From: an uncultured Eubacteriales bacterium
GTDB taxonomy: Bacteria > Bacillota > Clostridia > Christensenellales > CAG-1252
NCBI GenBank assembly: GCA_902797685.1
Contig: CADBTQ010000061.1
Coordinates: forward strand, 1-63,101
Direction of reading: 5' to 3'
DNA length: 63,101 nt
The notes below the pieces were generated by a model that was not told the DNA's origin, searched no databases, and saw only the letters and a list, made by a program, of their open reading frames with translations. Of the stretch, positions 46,142 through 55,154 are shown piece after piece. A program made the position numbers and the translations under genes. Every line of letters begins with the position of its first letter. The first letter of the stretch is position 1.

Positions 46142-47238
46142 CAGGATTTCCTCAAATACTCGGTCACGAATCCTTCCAGATCCCCGTCCATCACGGCGGT
46201 GATATTGCCCGTTTCGTAACCCGTGCGATGGTCTTTGACCATCGTGTAGGGGCAAAAGACGTACGAACGGATCTGACTGCCCCATTCGATACGTTTGAGT
46301 TCCCCTTTGATCTCGTTGGCTTTTTCCAACTGTTCCCTCTCCTTCTTTTCGGCGAGTTTGGCGCGCAACATGGTCATCGCCACCTCGCGGTTTTGGATCT
46401 GAGAACGCTCGTTTTGACACTGCACCACGATCCCCGTGGGCAAGTGGGTGATACGCACCGCCGAGTCGGTACGGTTGACGTGCTGTCCGCCCGCCCCGCC
46501 CGAACGATAGGTGTCGATCTTGAGATCCTCGGGGTTGATGACGATGTCCCCGTCGTCGGGGATCACGGGCATGACCTCGAGGGACGCGAAGGAAGTGTGG
46601 CGGCGGGAGTTGGCGTCAAAGGGGGAGATACGCACCAAGCGATGCACCCCTTTTTCGGCTTTGAGATAGCCGTACACGTTGTCGCCCGACAGCTCGAAAG
46701 TCACCGATTTGATACCCGCTTCGTCGCCGGGAAGGAGATCGATGGTCTTGACGGCATACCCTTTCTTTTCGGCGTAACGGGTGTACATGCGGTAGAGCAT
46801 ACTCACCCAATCCTGCGCCTCGGTACCGCCCGCGCCCGCGTGCAAAGTCAAAATGGCGTCGCACGAGTCGTACTCGCCCTTGAGCAGCGCGGCAAGGCGC
46901 ATTTCTTCCACCTTGGCGGCGATCTTGCCCAATTCTTCCTTGATCCCTTCCGCCTCTTGTTCCTCGCCCATTTCGTCGGCGATGGCGGCAAGGTCGATCA
47001 AGTCCAAGATACTTTGGCGCAGTTTGTTATAGGCGCCCAACTTGTTGCTCACCTTTTTGGCTTCCTGCGCGATGGACTGGGCTTTTGCCATATCCGACCA
47101 CAGGTTGCTGTCGTCGAGTTGGGCTTGCAACTCTTTGCTGCGCGCCTCTAAGGCGGGCAAATCCAAAGATACGCCCACCCCGTCAAGGATGGACAACTGC
47201 TCGTTGAGTTGTGCTTTGAGGTCTTCGAAACTGATCAT
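46141..47238 (-). CDS. prfB: peptide chain release factor 2 (uninterrupted ORF)
   Basis: SPF (RISPFD) and GGQ (GGAGGQHVN) motifs. Full 365 aa in one frame. Confidence 0.93.
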   Translation of the reverse strand: MISFEDLKAQLNEQLSILDGVGVSLDLPALEARSKELQAQLDDSNLWSDMAKAQSIAQEAKKVSNKLGAYNKLRQSILDLIDLAAIADEMGEEQEAEGIKEELGKIAAKVEEMRLAALLKGEYDSCDAILTLHAGAGGTEAQDWVSMLYRMYTRYAEKKGYAVKTIDLLPGDEAGIKSVTFELSGDNVYGYLKAEKGVHRLVRISPFDANSRRHTSFASLEVMPVIPDDGDIVINPEDLKIDTYRSGGAGGQHVNRTDSAVRITHLPTGIVVQCQNERSQIQNREVAMTMLRAKLAEKKEREQLEKANEIKGELKRIEWGSQIRSYVFCPYTMVKDHRTGYETGNITAVMDGDLEGFVTEYLRKS

Positions 47239-47247
47239 AACTTCTCC

Positions 47248-47931
47248 TTAACTCAAAGGTTGGGTACGGGGCTTGTTGCCCATACGAGGATAGGCTTTGG
47301 GGGTGGATTTGACCTTGGCAAACACCACGATCGCACGGCGGAATCCGTCCAGATCGTACTCTTCTTCCGACTCCACTTTAAGCCCCAATTTGTGCAAGAT
47401 GGGTTGCGCGGTGGCGATCTCCATCTTGGCGTCCGTCTTGTACAACACCACTCTCCCGCCCACTCGTGCCAAAGGCGCCAAGTATTCGAGCAGGGTGTTG
47501 GTGGGAGCGACGGCGCGCGCCGTCACCGTGTCGAACTCTTCGCGAAAATCCCCTCTCCCCGCCTCTTCGGCGCGAAGGTGATAGGCTTTGACGTTGTCAA
47601 GTCCCAAGCGAAACGCCGCTTCTTCCAAAAAGTTGACCTTTTTGCCCACGCTGTCGAGGAGCACGTAGTCGTGCGCCACCTTAGCGATCGCCAAGGGCAG
47701 CGAGGGGAAACCCGCGCCCGCGCCCACGTCGCAGACCGAGCCGCGGAAGACTTGCCAACCGAGCAAACTGTCGGCAAAGTGCTTGATGTACACCTCTTCC
47801 CGCTCGGTGATGGCGGTGAGGTTGAATTTGGCGTTCCATTCCAACAGCAGTTGATAGTACCTTTCAAAAGTGTCCTGTTGCTCCTTGGTCAAATTGAGCA
47901 ACGCCACTTGGGGGATCTGAGTCCAGTTCAT
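47248..47931 (-). CDS. rsmG: 16S rRNA (guanine527-N7)-methyltransferase
   Basis: GidB family sequence and synteny after mnmG. Confidence 0.9.
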   Translation of the reverse strand: MNWTQIPQVALLNLTKEQQDTFERYYQLLLEWNAKFNLTAITEREEVYIKHFADSLLGWQVFRGSVCDVGAGAGFPSLPLAIAKVAHDYVLLDSVGKKVNFLEEAAFRLGLDNVKAYHLRAEEAGRGDFREEFDTVTARAVAPTNTLLEYLAPLARVGGRVVLYKTDAKMEIATAQPILHKLGLKVESEEEYDLDGFRRAIVVFAKVKSTPKAYPRMGNKPRTQPLS

Positions 47932-49799
47932 GCGCCCTCCTTGCCCCGCTTCACGAGGCAGATGATCAATACGTTGACGTCGGCGGGCGAGATCCCGCTG
48001 ATACGAGCCGCCTGCCCCAAGGTGCGGGGACGGATGGCGTTGAGTTTTTGTCTGGCTTCCAGACGCAAATTGTCCAAGGTGTTGTAGTCGATGTCGGCGG
48101 GCAAGACCTTATCTTCCAACGCCCGCATTTCGGCTTGCATCTCCCTCTCTTTGGCGAGATAGCCGCGATACTTGTTGTCGATTGCCGCCTCGTAAAACAC
48201 CTCGTAGGGGAAAGAGGCAAACTCAGGCAGGGCGTACACCTCTTTGACGTCCACGCCTTGGTGGACGAATATATCCTTGGCTTTGATGCCCGTCTTGGGC
48301 ACTTCCCCTCCCTTTTGCAGCAAGGGCGCGGTGACCTTGGGGGGCAATATCTCCTCAAGCGCGGCGTCCAGAGCGGCGCGAGTGGCGCATTTTTGCACAA
48401 ACTCGTTCCACCTCGTATCGTCCACCAAACCGATCTCCCGCCCTAAGGGGGTAAGACGACGGTCGGCGTTGTCTTGGCGCAGGGTAAGCCGATACTCGGC
48501 GCGCGCGGTCATCATGCGGTAAGGCTCGTTGGTACCGCGGGTGACGAGATCGTCGATCAGCACCCCGATATAGGCTTGGTCGCGACCCAACACCACGGCC
48601 TCTTTGCCCTCGAGATAGCGATGGGCGTTGATACCCGCCATCAATCCTTGGGCGGCGGCTTCCTCGTAGCCCGAACTGCCGTTGACCTGCCCCGCCGTAA
48701 ACAATCCTTTGACCGCCTTGGTCTCCAACGAAGGGTACAAAGCGAGAGGGTCGATACAGTCGTACTCGATGGCGTAGGCGTATTTGACGAAGCGACAATG
48801 CTCCAACCCGGGTATGGTGCGATACATTTGCTCCTGCACGTCGCGAGGGAGCGAACTGCTCATGCCCTGTATGTACATGGTGTCGCCCGTTAGGGTCTCG
48901 GGTTCCACGAAGATCTGGTGGCGGGGATGATCGAAGCGCATCACCTTGTCCTCGATACTGGGACAGTAGCGGGGTCCCACCCCTTTGATGGTGCCGTTGT
49001 ACATGGGCGCGCGGTCAATATTGGCGCGAATGATGTCGTGGGTCCGCTCGTTGGTCCAAGTGAGATAGCAGGGCTGCTGCTCGACGAGTTTGGTGTGGGT
49101 GAGGTAGCTAAAACAGTACACGTCCGTATCTCCCTCTTCCACTTCCATCTTGCTATAATCTATACTGTCGCGCGCAATACGCGCGGGCGTACCCGTTTTG
49201 AAACGACGAATGGGAACGCCCAATCGCGCGAGCGCCTTGGATAGACCGCTGGCGCGTTTAAGCCCCGAGGGACCCTCTTGATAACTCTCTTCCCCGCGGA
49301 TAATGCGGGATTCCAAATACACGCCCGAGGCGATCACCACGGTATGGGCGGCGATCTCCACCCCCGTGGACAACACCACGCCCGCCACCTTGCCCTCCTC
49401 GACGATTAGATCCACCGCTTCGGCTTCGGTCAAGGTCAAACGGGGGGTGTGGGCGATCACGTCCAGCATATAGCGGTGATAGACCTCTTTGTCCGTCTGC
49501 CCCCGCAAACTCTGCACGGCGGCGCCTTTGGTGGCGTTGAGCATTTTGATCTGCAAAAGAGAGTGGTCGGCGGCAAGACCCATCTGTCCGCCCAAGGCGT
49601 CGATCTCCCGCACCAAGTGTCCTTTGCCCGTGCCGCCCACGTTGGGGTTGCAGGGCATCATGGCGACCGACTTCTCCTCGATGGTAAGTAGCAGCGTCTC
49701 TTCTCCCAAGCGGGAGAGAGCGAGCGCCGCTTCCATACCGGCGTGGCCTGCGCCTATGACGATGGCTTGATACTCTCTTTTGATCATTTTCCTATACAA
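47928..49799 (-). CDS. mnmG: tRNA uridine 5-carboxymethylaminomethyl modification enzyme MnmG
   Basis: 623 aa, N-terminal GAGHAG FAD fold, GidA family. Confidence 0.95.
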   Translation of the reverse strand: MYRKMIKREYQAIVIGAGHAGMEAALALSRLGEETLLLTIEEKSVAMMPCNPNVGGTGKGHLVREIDALGGQMGLAADHSLLQIKMLNATKGAAVQSLRGQTDKEVYHRYMLDVIAHTPRLTLTEAEAVDLIVEEGKVAGVVLSTGVEIAAHTVVIASGVYLESRIIRGEESYQEGPSGLKRASGLSKALARLGVPIRRFKTGTPARIARDSIDYSKMEVEEGDTDVYCFSYLTHTKLVEQQPCYLTWTNERTHDIIRANIDRAPMYNGTIKGVGPRYCPSIEDKVMRFDHPRHQIFVEPETLTGDTMYIQGMSSSLPRDVQEQMYRTIPGLEHCRFVKYAYAIEYDCIDPLALYPSLETKAVKGLFTAGQVNGSSGYEEAAAQGLMAGINAHRYLEGKEAVVLGRDQAYIGVLIDDLVTRGTNEPYRMMTARAEYRLTLRQDNADRRLTPLGREIGLVDDTRWNEFVQKCATRAALDAALEEILPPKVTAPLLQKGGEVPKTGIKAKDIFVHQGVDVKEVYALPEFASFPYEVFYEAAIDNKYRGYLAKEREMQAEMRALEDKVLPADIDYNTLDNLRLEARQKLNAIRPRTLGQAARISGISPADVNVLIICLVKRGKEGA

Positions 49800-51097
49800 A
49801 AACGGCTGAATATACCGTCCAATACCCGATCGGTAGCGGTAGCGCCGTCCACCTCGCCCAAAGCCGAGTACGCGGCGCGAAGATCGATGGCGACAAGATC
49901 CAGTGTCTCCCCCGCCCGATAAGCGGAGTTGGCGCTGTCTAAGTGCTTGCTTGCTATGGTGACCGCCTCAAGATGGCGTTCCTCACTCAATACCCCCTCG
50001 CTGACCACGTCTGTTTTGACTAAGGACGCGATGTCTTTGAGTAGGCGATCGACCCCTTCGCCCGTCTTGGCGGAAAGGGCAAAATAGCCTTGGGGCGCCT
50101 CCGTCAAGTCGATCTTGTTGTACACCAATTTGACTCGCTTGCCCGTGAACCTTTGGAGCAACTCCTCGTCGGGGGTCTCCCCGCGGTCGGCGTCCAACAA
50201 ATACACCACCACGTCCGCTCGCTCGGCGGCGGACAAAGCGCGCACGACCCCGATGGATTCCACCCGGTCGTCCGTCTCGCGTATCCCCGCGGTATCCAAT
50301 AGATTGAGCCTAACTCCTTCCACCGACACGCTCTCCACTATGGTGTCGCGGGTAGTACCCGCCACGTCGGTGACGATGGCTCTGTCCTCGTGCAGGATGG
50401 CGTTGAGCAAACTCGATTTGCCCGCGTTGGGGCTGCCGATGATGGCGACCGAAACGCCGTAGCGCAGCAGTTTGCCGTTGTCGGCGGTGGCAAGCAAAGC
50501 ACGGAGTCCCTCGCTCAATTGGTTAAGTTTGGGCAAAAACCCCTCGTCCAACTCCCCTTCCATCTCGTCGGGATAGTCGAGAGAGGCTTCCACCAACCAG
50601 ATCAGCTGTTGCAATTCGTCCAACAAAGGTTGGATGCGGCGATGCAAACTGCCGACAAGCAGCGACCCCGCCGCCGACAGTTGGCTCTTGCTTTGGGCGT
50701 TGATGACCCCCAATATCCCCTCGGCTTGGGACAACGACACCTTGCCGTTGAAGAAGGCGCGGCGACTGAACTCGCCGGGGGCGGCAAGTCTCGCGCCCCC
50801 CTCGAGGAGGGTCTTGAGCACCGCGTCGGTCACGGTGACCCCGCCGTGGAGTTGCAACTCCACCACGTCCTCTCCCGTATACGAACGAGGCGCGGCGAAG
50901 TAGACCGCCATACATTGTTCCACGAAGTCCTTGCCGTGGAATCGCCCCAAGTACATCATATTGGGAGTGGGCGACCCCTCGATCCTTTTGGACGAAAAGA
51001 AGCGTGAAACCAAGTCCCACGCGCCTTCGCCCGACAGCCGAACGATACTGATTGCGCCCACACCTAAGGGGGTTGCTATGGCGGCGATAACGTCCAT
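49784..51097 (-). CDS. mnmE: tRNA modification GTPase MnmE
   Basis: GSPNAGKSSL, DTAG and C-terminal CIGK. The first ATG is at 51097; the track start at 51106 is a TTG. Confidence 0.92.
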   Translation of the reverse strand: MDVIAAIATPLGVGAISIVRLSGEGAWDLVSRFFSSKRIEGSPTPNMMYLGRFHGKDFVEQCMAVYFAAPRSYTGEDVVELQLHGGVTVTDAVLKTLLEGGARLAAPGEFSRRAFFNGKVSLSQAEGILGVINAQSKSQLSAAGSLLVGSLHRRIQPLLDELQQLIWLVEASLDYPDEMEGELDEGFLPKLNQLSEGLRALLATADNGKLLRYGVSVAIIGSPNAGKSSLLNAILHEDRAIVTDVAGTTRDTIVESVSVEGVRLNLLDTAGIRETDDRVESIGVVRALSAAERADVVVYLLDADRGETPDEELLQRFTGKRVKLVYNKIDLTEAPQGYFALSAKTGEGVDRLLKDIASLVKTDVVSEGVLSEERHLEAVTIASKHLDSANSAYRAGETLDLVAIDLRAAYSALGEVDGATATDRVLDGIFSRFCIGK

Positions 51098-51132
51098 ATC
51101 GTGCAAAAAGGCACATCGCTGTGCCTTAATTG

Positions 51133-51816
51133 TCAGAACCTACGTTTTTTGCCACCGAACGAACGAGTCTTCAACCCACCCGTGCGGAATGCTTTGTTGG
51201 TCCCGTAAGTGATCTCTCTTTCCTTGGGAATGACCGACACGTAGCGGTTGGGCTCCTCCCCTTGGCTCTCGGTCTTGACCCTTTCGTCGTCCGCCAAGGT
51301 CTCGTGGATAATGCGACGATCTTGGTTGTTCATGGGCTCGAGGTCAACGGGTTTGCCGCTCATCACGGCTTGATCCGCCACCCGCTTGGCGAGGGCTTTG
51401 AGGGTGTTGGCTCTTCTCGAGCGGTACCCCTCTACGTCCACCGTCAACTTGGTGTAAGACTTTTCGTTGTGATTGAGGAAGATGGTGCCCAAGTATTGCA
51501 ACGCGTCCAACACTTCCCCGCGGTAACCGATGGCGGAAGCACTGTCACGCCCGCTGATCTCGGCGGCAAAACCGCCATCGATTTCCCTAACGTCCAGTTC
51601 GCAATCCAACCCCATGCGCTCCAAAAGCCCCTGCAAATAGTCGTATACGTCGTCTTTGAGGGTGCGCTTGACGGTCAATCTCACCTTTGCTTTGGAGAGC
51701 AAGCCGCCCTTTTTGAGCACTTCGATCTCCACGTCGTCTTCGTCCATGCCCAACTGTTCCAGTCCCAAGGCGATGGCTTCCTCGACGGTTTTAGCTTCTT
51801 TTTCGATAAAAATCAT
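51133..51816 (-). CDS. jag: Jag/KhpB RNA-binding protein (Jag_N, KH, R3H)
   Basis: Sequence and position after yidC. Confidence 0.88.
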   Translation of the reverse strand: MIFIEKEAKTVEEAIALGLEQLGMDEDDVEIEVLKKGGLLSKAKVRLTVKRTLKDDVYDYLQGLLERMGLDCELDVREIDGGFAAEISGRDSASAIGYRGEVLDALQYLGTIFLNHNEKSYTKLTVDVEGYRSRRANTLKALAKRVADQAVMSGKPVDLEPMNNQDRRIIHETLADDERVKTESQGEEPNRYVSVIPKEREITYGTNKAFRTGGLKTRSFGGKKRRF

Positions 51817-51826
51817 AATATCCTCT

Positions 51827-52942
51827 CTATTTGGTCCCTCTGCGATAGGGGGCGGCGGCGAGCGCCGCGTCCTCGCGAGCGTCTTTCTTTTTGGTAACCA
51901 GGTTGAAAATCAAGTTGATGAGCACGGTGGTCAAACTGTTGGTAAACATATAAATACAGAACGCCGCGCTGTAAAAGAGGGAGAACACACCGATCATAAT
52001 GGGCATGATCCACATCATCATCTTCATGGACATCCCGTTATTGACGGGTTTGCCGTCCGCGCCCACTTGGGTGGGTTGCTCGGGTTGGTTGCCGCGCATG
52101 AGGAAGGTGGACAAGATGGACAACGCCAAGGACAAAATGGGCAGGATCAAGTATCCGTTCCAATGTTTGACGTCCCAAAAGCGTTTCCACGCGGTGGCGC
52201 CCGTCTTGTTGTAGGCGTCCATAGCGGGGCCCAACAGCGCGTCGTACACCCCTTCGCGGTTGGAAGCCGAGCCCAAGTTGAAGTTGGTGTCGGGGATGGT
52301 GGAATTGAGCTTGCCCAATCCCGACCCGGTGTAGGTGGCGATATCGGGCACACGATTGGCCCAAGTATCCGCCATAAACACGTTGTCGATCCACAACCAT
52401 TTCCACTTTTGGCGGCCTTTGGCGTCTACCGACAAGTCGTTGTAAGCGTCCAACATGATGCCGTCGATCTGTTCGGCGGTACCCGTCTCGGCGATGCCCG
52501 TCTCCACCACTTGGGTCTTGTAGGTCTGCGCCAAGTTGTAGACGATCAACTGGTTTTCGTATTTCACGCAGGCGTTAAAGCCCGAAAACACCACAAAAAA
52601 GATGACGATGGTGATCAAACTGGGCAAGCAAGCGCCGACCATCGAGTAGCCGTGTTGCTTGTATAATTGCATCGTCTTTTTTTGCAGCGCCGCTTGGTCG
52701 GAAGCGTAGGCTTGTTGCAAGCGCTCCAACTCGGGCTTCATCGCCTTCATCGCGCGGTTGTTGCGACGAGTGGCGATTTTTTGCCAGATATCAAAAGGCG
52801 AAACGATCACCTTAAGACACAACGTAAAGATCACGACCGTCCAACCAAAACTACCTATGGCTTGATACAGCGCATAGAGGGCTTTGCCGATCCAGTTGGA
52901 CAGTTGCGGCGCTTCCGCCATCAAAAAGTTTAGAGTAACCAT
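51827..52942 (-). CDS. yidC: YidC/Oxa1 membrane protein insertase
   Basis: Conserved YidC core and synteny. Confidence 0.9.
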   Translation of the reverse strand: MVTLNFLMAEAPQLSNWIGKALYALYQAIGSFGWTVVIFTLCLKVIVSPFDIWQKIATRRNNRAMKAMKPELERLQQAYASDQAALQKKTMQLYKQHGYSMVGACLPSLITIVIFFVVFSGFNACVKYENQLIVYNLAQTYKTQVVETGIAETGTAEQIDGIMLDAYNDLSVDAKGRQKWKWLWIDNVFMADTWANRVPDIATYTGSGLGKLNSTIPDTNFNLGSASNREGVYDALLGPAMDAYNKTGATAWKRFWDVKHWNGYLILPILSLALSILSTFLMRGNQPEQPTQVGADGKPVNNGMSMKMMMWIMPIMIGVFSLFYSAAFCIYMFTNSLTTVLINLIFNLVTKKKDAREDAALAAAPYRRGTK

Positions 52943-53172
52943 TTTGCTTTTCCTCTATAATTTTCCCTAACGGGGTCAAAGCCGCCCTTGGCAAAAGGAT
53001 TGCATCGCAATATCCTCAACCCGCCAAGCACGCACCCTATCAATACGCCGTATTTGTCGATGGCTTGATAAGTGTACGACGAGCAGGTGGGGACGTAAAT
53101 GCACTTGGACCCCTTGAGGGGAGAAATGTATTGCTTATAAAAGCGCAACAGCGCTCGAGCTAACCAACGCAT
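52930..53172 (-). CDS. yidD: membrane protein insertion efficiency factor YidD
   Basis: ..YKQYISPLKGSKCIYVPTCSSYTYQAI... Starts at MRWLAR. Confidence 0.88.
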   Translation of the reverse strand: MRWLARALLRFYKQYISPLKGSKCIYVPTCSSYTYQAIDKYGVLIGCVLGGLRILRCNPFAKGGFDPVRENYRGKAKWLL

Positions 53173-53510
53173 CAGTGCAATTTGCCTACTTTGACCAACA
53201 GCCCCTCTAAGGAACTCGCCAAGGTGTGATAATCCGCTTGTCCCGCCTTGCTGCGGGCGACGACCACGTAGGACGTGTTGCCCTCGAGACGCGGAATGAG
53301 CGCGTAAAACGCCTCTCTCAATCTCCGCTTGACTTTGTTGCGACAAACGGCTTTGCCCACCTTTTTCCCACACACAAAACCCACCTTGAGGGTGGGATAT
53401 TTGCCGGGCAACTGGGTGACGACGAGGTACTCGTCCGACACCGAGCGCCCACGCTTATACACGACCTCGAAGCTACGATTGCTCCTCAGTCGGTAAATCG
53501 CGGGGATCAT
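53172..53510 (-). CDS. rnpA: ribonuclease P protein component
   Basis: Basic 112-aa protein immediately after rpmH. Confidence 0.9.
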   Translation of the reverse strand: MIPAIYRLRSNRSFEVVYKRGRSVSDEYLVVTQLPGKYPTLKVGFVCGKKVGKAVCRNKVKRRLREAFYALIPRLEGNTSYVVVARSKAGQADYHTLASSLEGLLVKVGKLH

Positions 53511-53650
53511 TAAGCGGAAAGTTGTTTTCTACCCTTAGCGCGGCGACGAGCCAACACGTTGCGGCCGCCCTTGGTGGACATACGAGCGCGGAAACCGTGC
53601 ACTTTGCTGCGATGACGTTTTTTGGGTTGATAAGTTCTGAACATTGCCAT
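53510..53650 (-). CDS. rpmH: 50S ribosomal protein L34
   Basis: [55 protein letters not shown]. Confidence 0.93.
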   Translation of the reverse strand: MAMFRTYQPKKRHRSKVHGFRARMSTKGGRNVLARRRAKGRKQLSA

Positions 53651-53818
53651 AAATCTATACCTCTCTTTGTTATAGTCAAAAATGCCTATTGCTAACAATA
53701 GTCTTGATAATTATATAGCAATAATACTCCCCTGTCAACTGATTTTTTGGGGGCATACGCCACAACCCGTTTCATACACTATATAGACCCAAGTACCGCT
53801 AAGGAATAGGAGGCTAAG

Positions 53819-55042
53819 ATGTTTGGAACGGATGGAATAAGAGGTTGCGCCAAAATCCTCGACAAAGAGGGCTACAAACTCGGTAGAGCATTGGAAGGCG
53901 CGGAAACGGTGTTGGTCATAGGGGACAATCGCCCCTCGCACGAACGATTGGTATCCGCGCTCGTACACGGGTTGACGGACGCAAAAGTCAACGTCATCTA
54001 CGGGGGCGTGCTGCCCACCCCCGCCGCTTGCGAATGCGTCGACTATTTTGCCGCGGATTACGCGGTGGTCGTCACCGCCTCGCACAATCCGCCCCAAGAC
54101 AACGGCTACAAATTGATCGGCAAAGGGGGCGCAAAAGTGGAGCGCACGATCCTTGACGAGATAGAAAAGCGCATGAGCACGGTCTCGTTGCCCGATCGCT
54201 TCGGCGCGCCCTTGCCTCCCGTGACCAAAGAGGTCGCCAGGGTCTACCTCGACCGCGTAACGCCCGAGAGCGTACCCCAAGGCGAGTACGTATTCGACTG
54301 CGCCAACGGCTCGACCTACCCCATCGTCAAACGGGTGTTTGGAGGGGGTCGATATATCAATCACGGAGAGGGCAAAAAGATCAACGTCCTATCGGGCGCC
54401 ACCCACCCCGAGACGGTCGAAGCCGCCCGCCAAGCGGGCGAGTGGGGGTTTTCGTTCGACGGGGACGGGGACAGGTTGATCGCGGTCAGCCCCTTAGGGC
54501 GAGTGATGGACGGGGACGCGATACTGTACGCCTTGGCGGTCGCCTATCACCGAAGGGGCAAACTTGCCAAGGATATCGTCGTGGGAACGGTGATGTCCAA
54601 CGGCGGGCTGGACTTGGCGCTCGCCAAAGAGGGGATCCACTTGGTGCGCACCGAAGTGGGCGATCACCACGTCGCCGCCAAAATGAAAGAGGAAGGGGCG
54701 ATATTGGGGGCGGAGCCGTCGGGACACGTGTTGCTCAACGCCCCCTCGGACGGCATTAAAACCGCCCTTGCCTTGGCGGCTTTGTCCGAGCTAACGGACG
54801 TGGATACCCTACTCGAAGGGTACGAGCCTCTCCCCCAAGTCCACCGCACCGTTCCCCTTGCCGTCGGGATAGACAAGATACAAAAACGCGCCGACTTGTG
54901 GCGGGGATACTTGGGCGGGACGGGCAGGATCGTGTTGAGAGCGAGCGGCACCGAGCAGGTATATCGGGTGATGGTCGAGTGCAAAGACCCGCACCTTGCC
55001 GCCGAGATCGCCGACGGCGTCGCCTTGGGAAAACAGAATTAA
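53819..55042 (+). CDS. glmM: phosphoglucosamine mutase-like phosphohexomutase (407 aa)
   Basis: MFGTDGIRG, TASHNPPQDNGYK, FDGDGDRL and GAEPSGH. AGGAGG RBS. Confidence 0.8.
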   Translation: MFGTDGIRGCAKILDKEGYKLGRALEGAETVLVIGDNRPSHERLVSALVHGLTDAKVNVIYGGVLPTPAACECVDYFAADYAVVVTASHNPPQDNGYKLIGKGGAKVERTILDEIEKRMSTVSLPDRFGAPLPPVTKEVARVYLDRVTPESVPQGEYVFDCANGSTYPIVKRVFGGGRYINHGEGKKINVLSGATHPETVEAARQAGEWGFSFDGDGDRLIAVSPLGRVMDGDAILYALAVAYHRRGKLAKDIVVGTVMSNGGLDLALAKEGIHLVRTEVGDHHVAAKMKEEGAILGAEPSGHVLLNAPSDGIKTALALAALSELTDVDTLLEGYEPLPQVHRTVPLAVGIDKIQKRADLWRGYLGGTGRIVLRASGTEQVYRVMVECKDPHLAAEIADGVALGKQN

Positions 55043-55080
55043 ACGAAACCGTTTGTTGGAAAGCGGACGATCAAAAACAA

Positions 55081-55113
55081 ATATCCCTCGCGGACAACGT
55101 CCTCGAGGGATAT
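55081..55113. terminator. 10-bp hairpin between convergent genes
   Basis: atatccctcg..cgagggatat with a T-rich tract on the minus strand. Confidence 0.6.
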
Positions 55114-55154
55114 ATCGTATCACAAAGTGATATCCTTGTCTAAACTCGGCTTCG

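Noticed and set aside
46141-47238. Programmed +1 frameshift in prfB
   Set aside because: The ORF is continuous from MISFEDLK.. through the SPF and GGQ motifs (365 aa). There is no in-frame TGA near codon 25, so this RF2 is of the non-frameshifting type.
53651-53818. oriC / DnaA-box cluster upstream of rpmH
   Set aside because: No TTATCCACA or TGTGGATAA, and no close variants, were seen in this 168-bp region. The only near matches in the window (around 427, 1001 and 7655) are isolated. This needs a PWM scan and GC skew to settle.
53819-55042. GlmM-like protein being about 40 aa shorter than typical GlmM, as a sign of truncation
   Set aside because: All four phosphohexomutase signature loops are present and in order, and the C-terminal domain ends normally (RASGTEQVYRVMVE..). 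It is probably just a compact ortholog.
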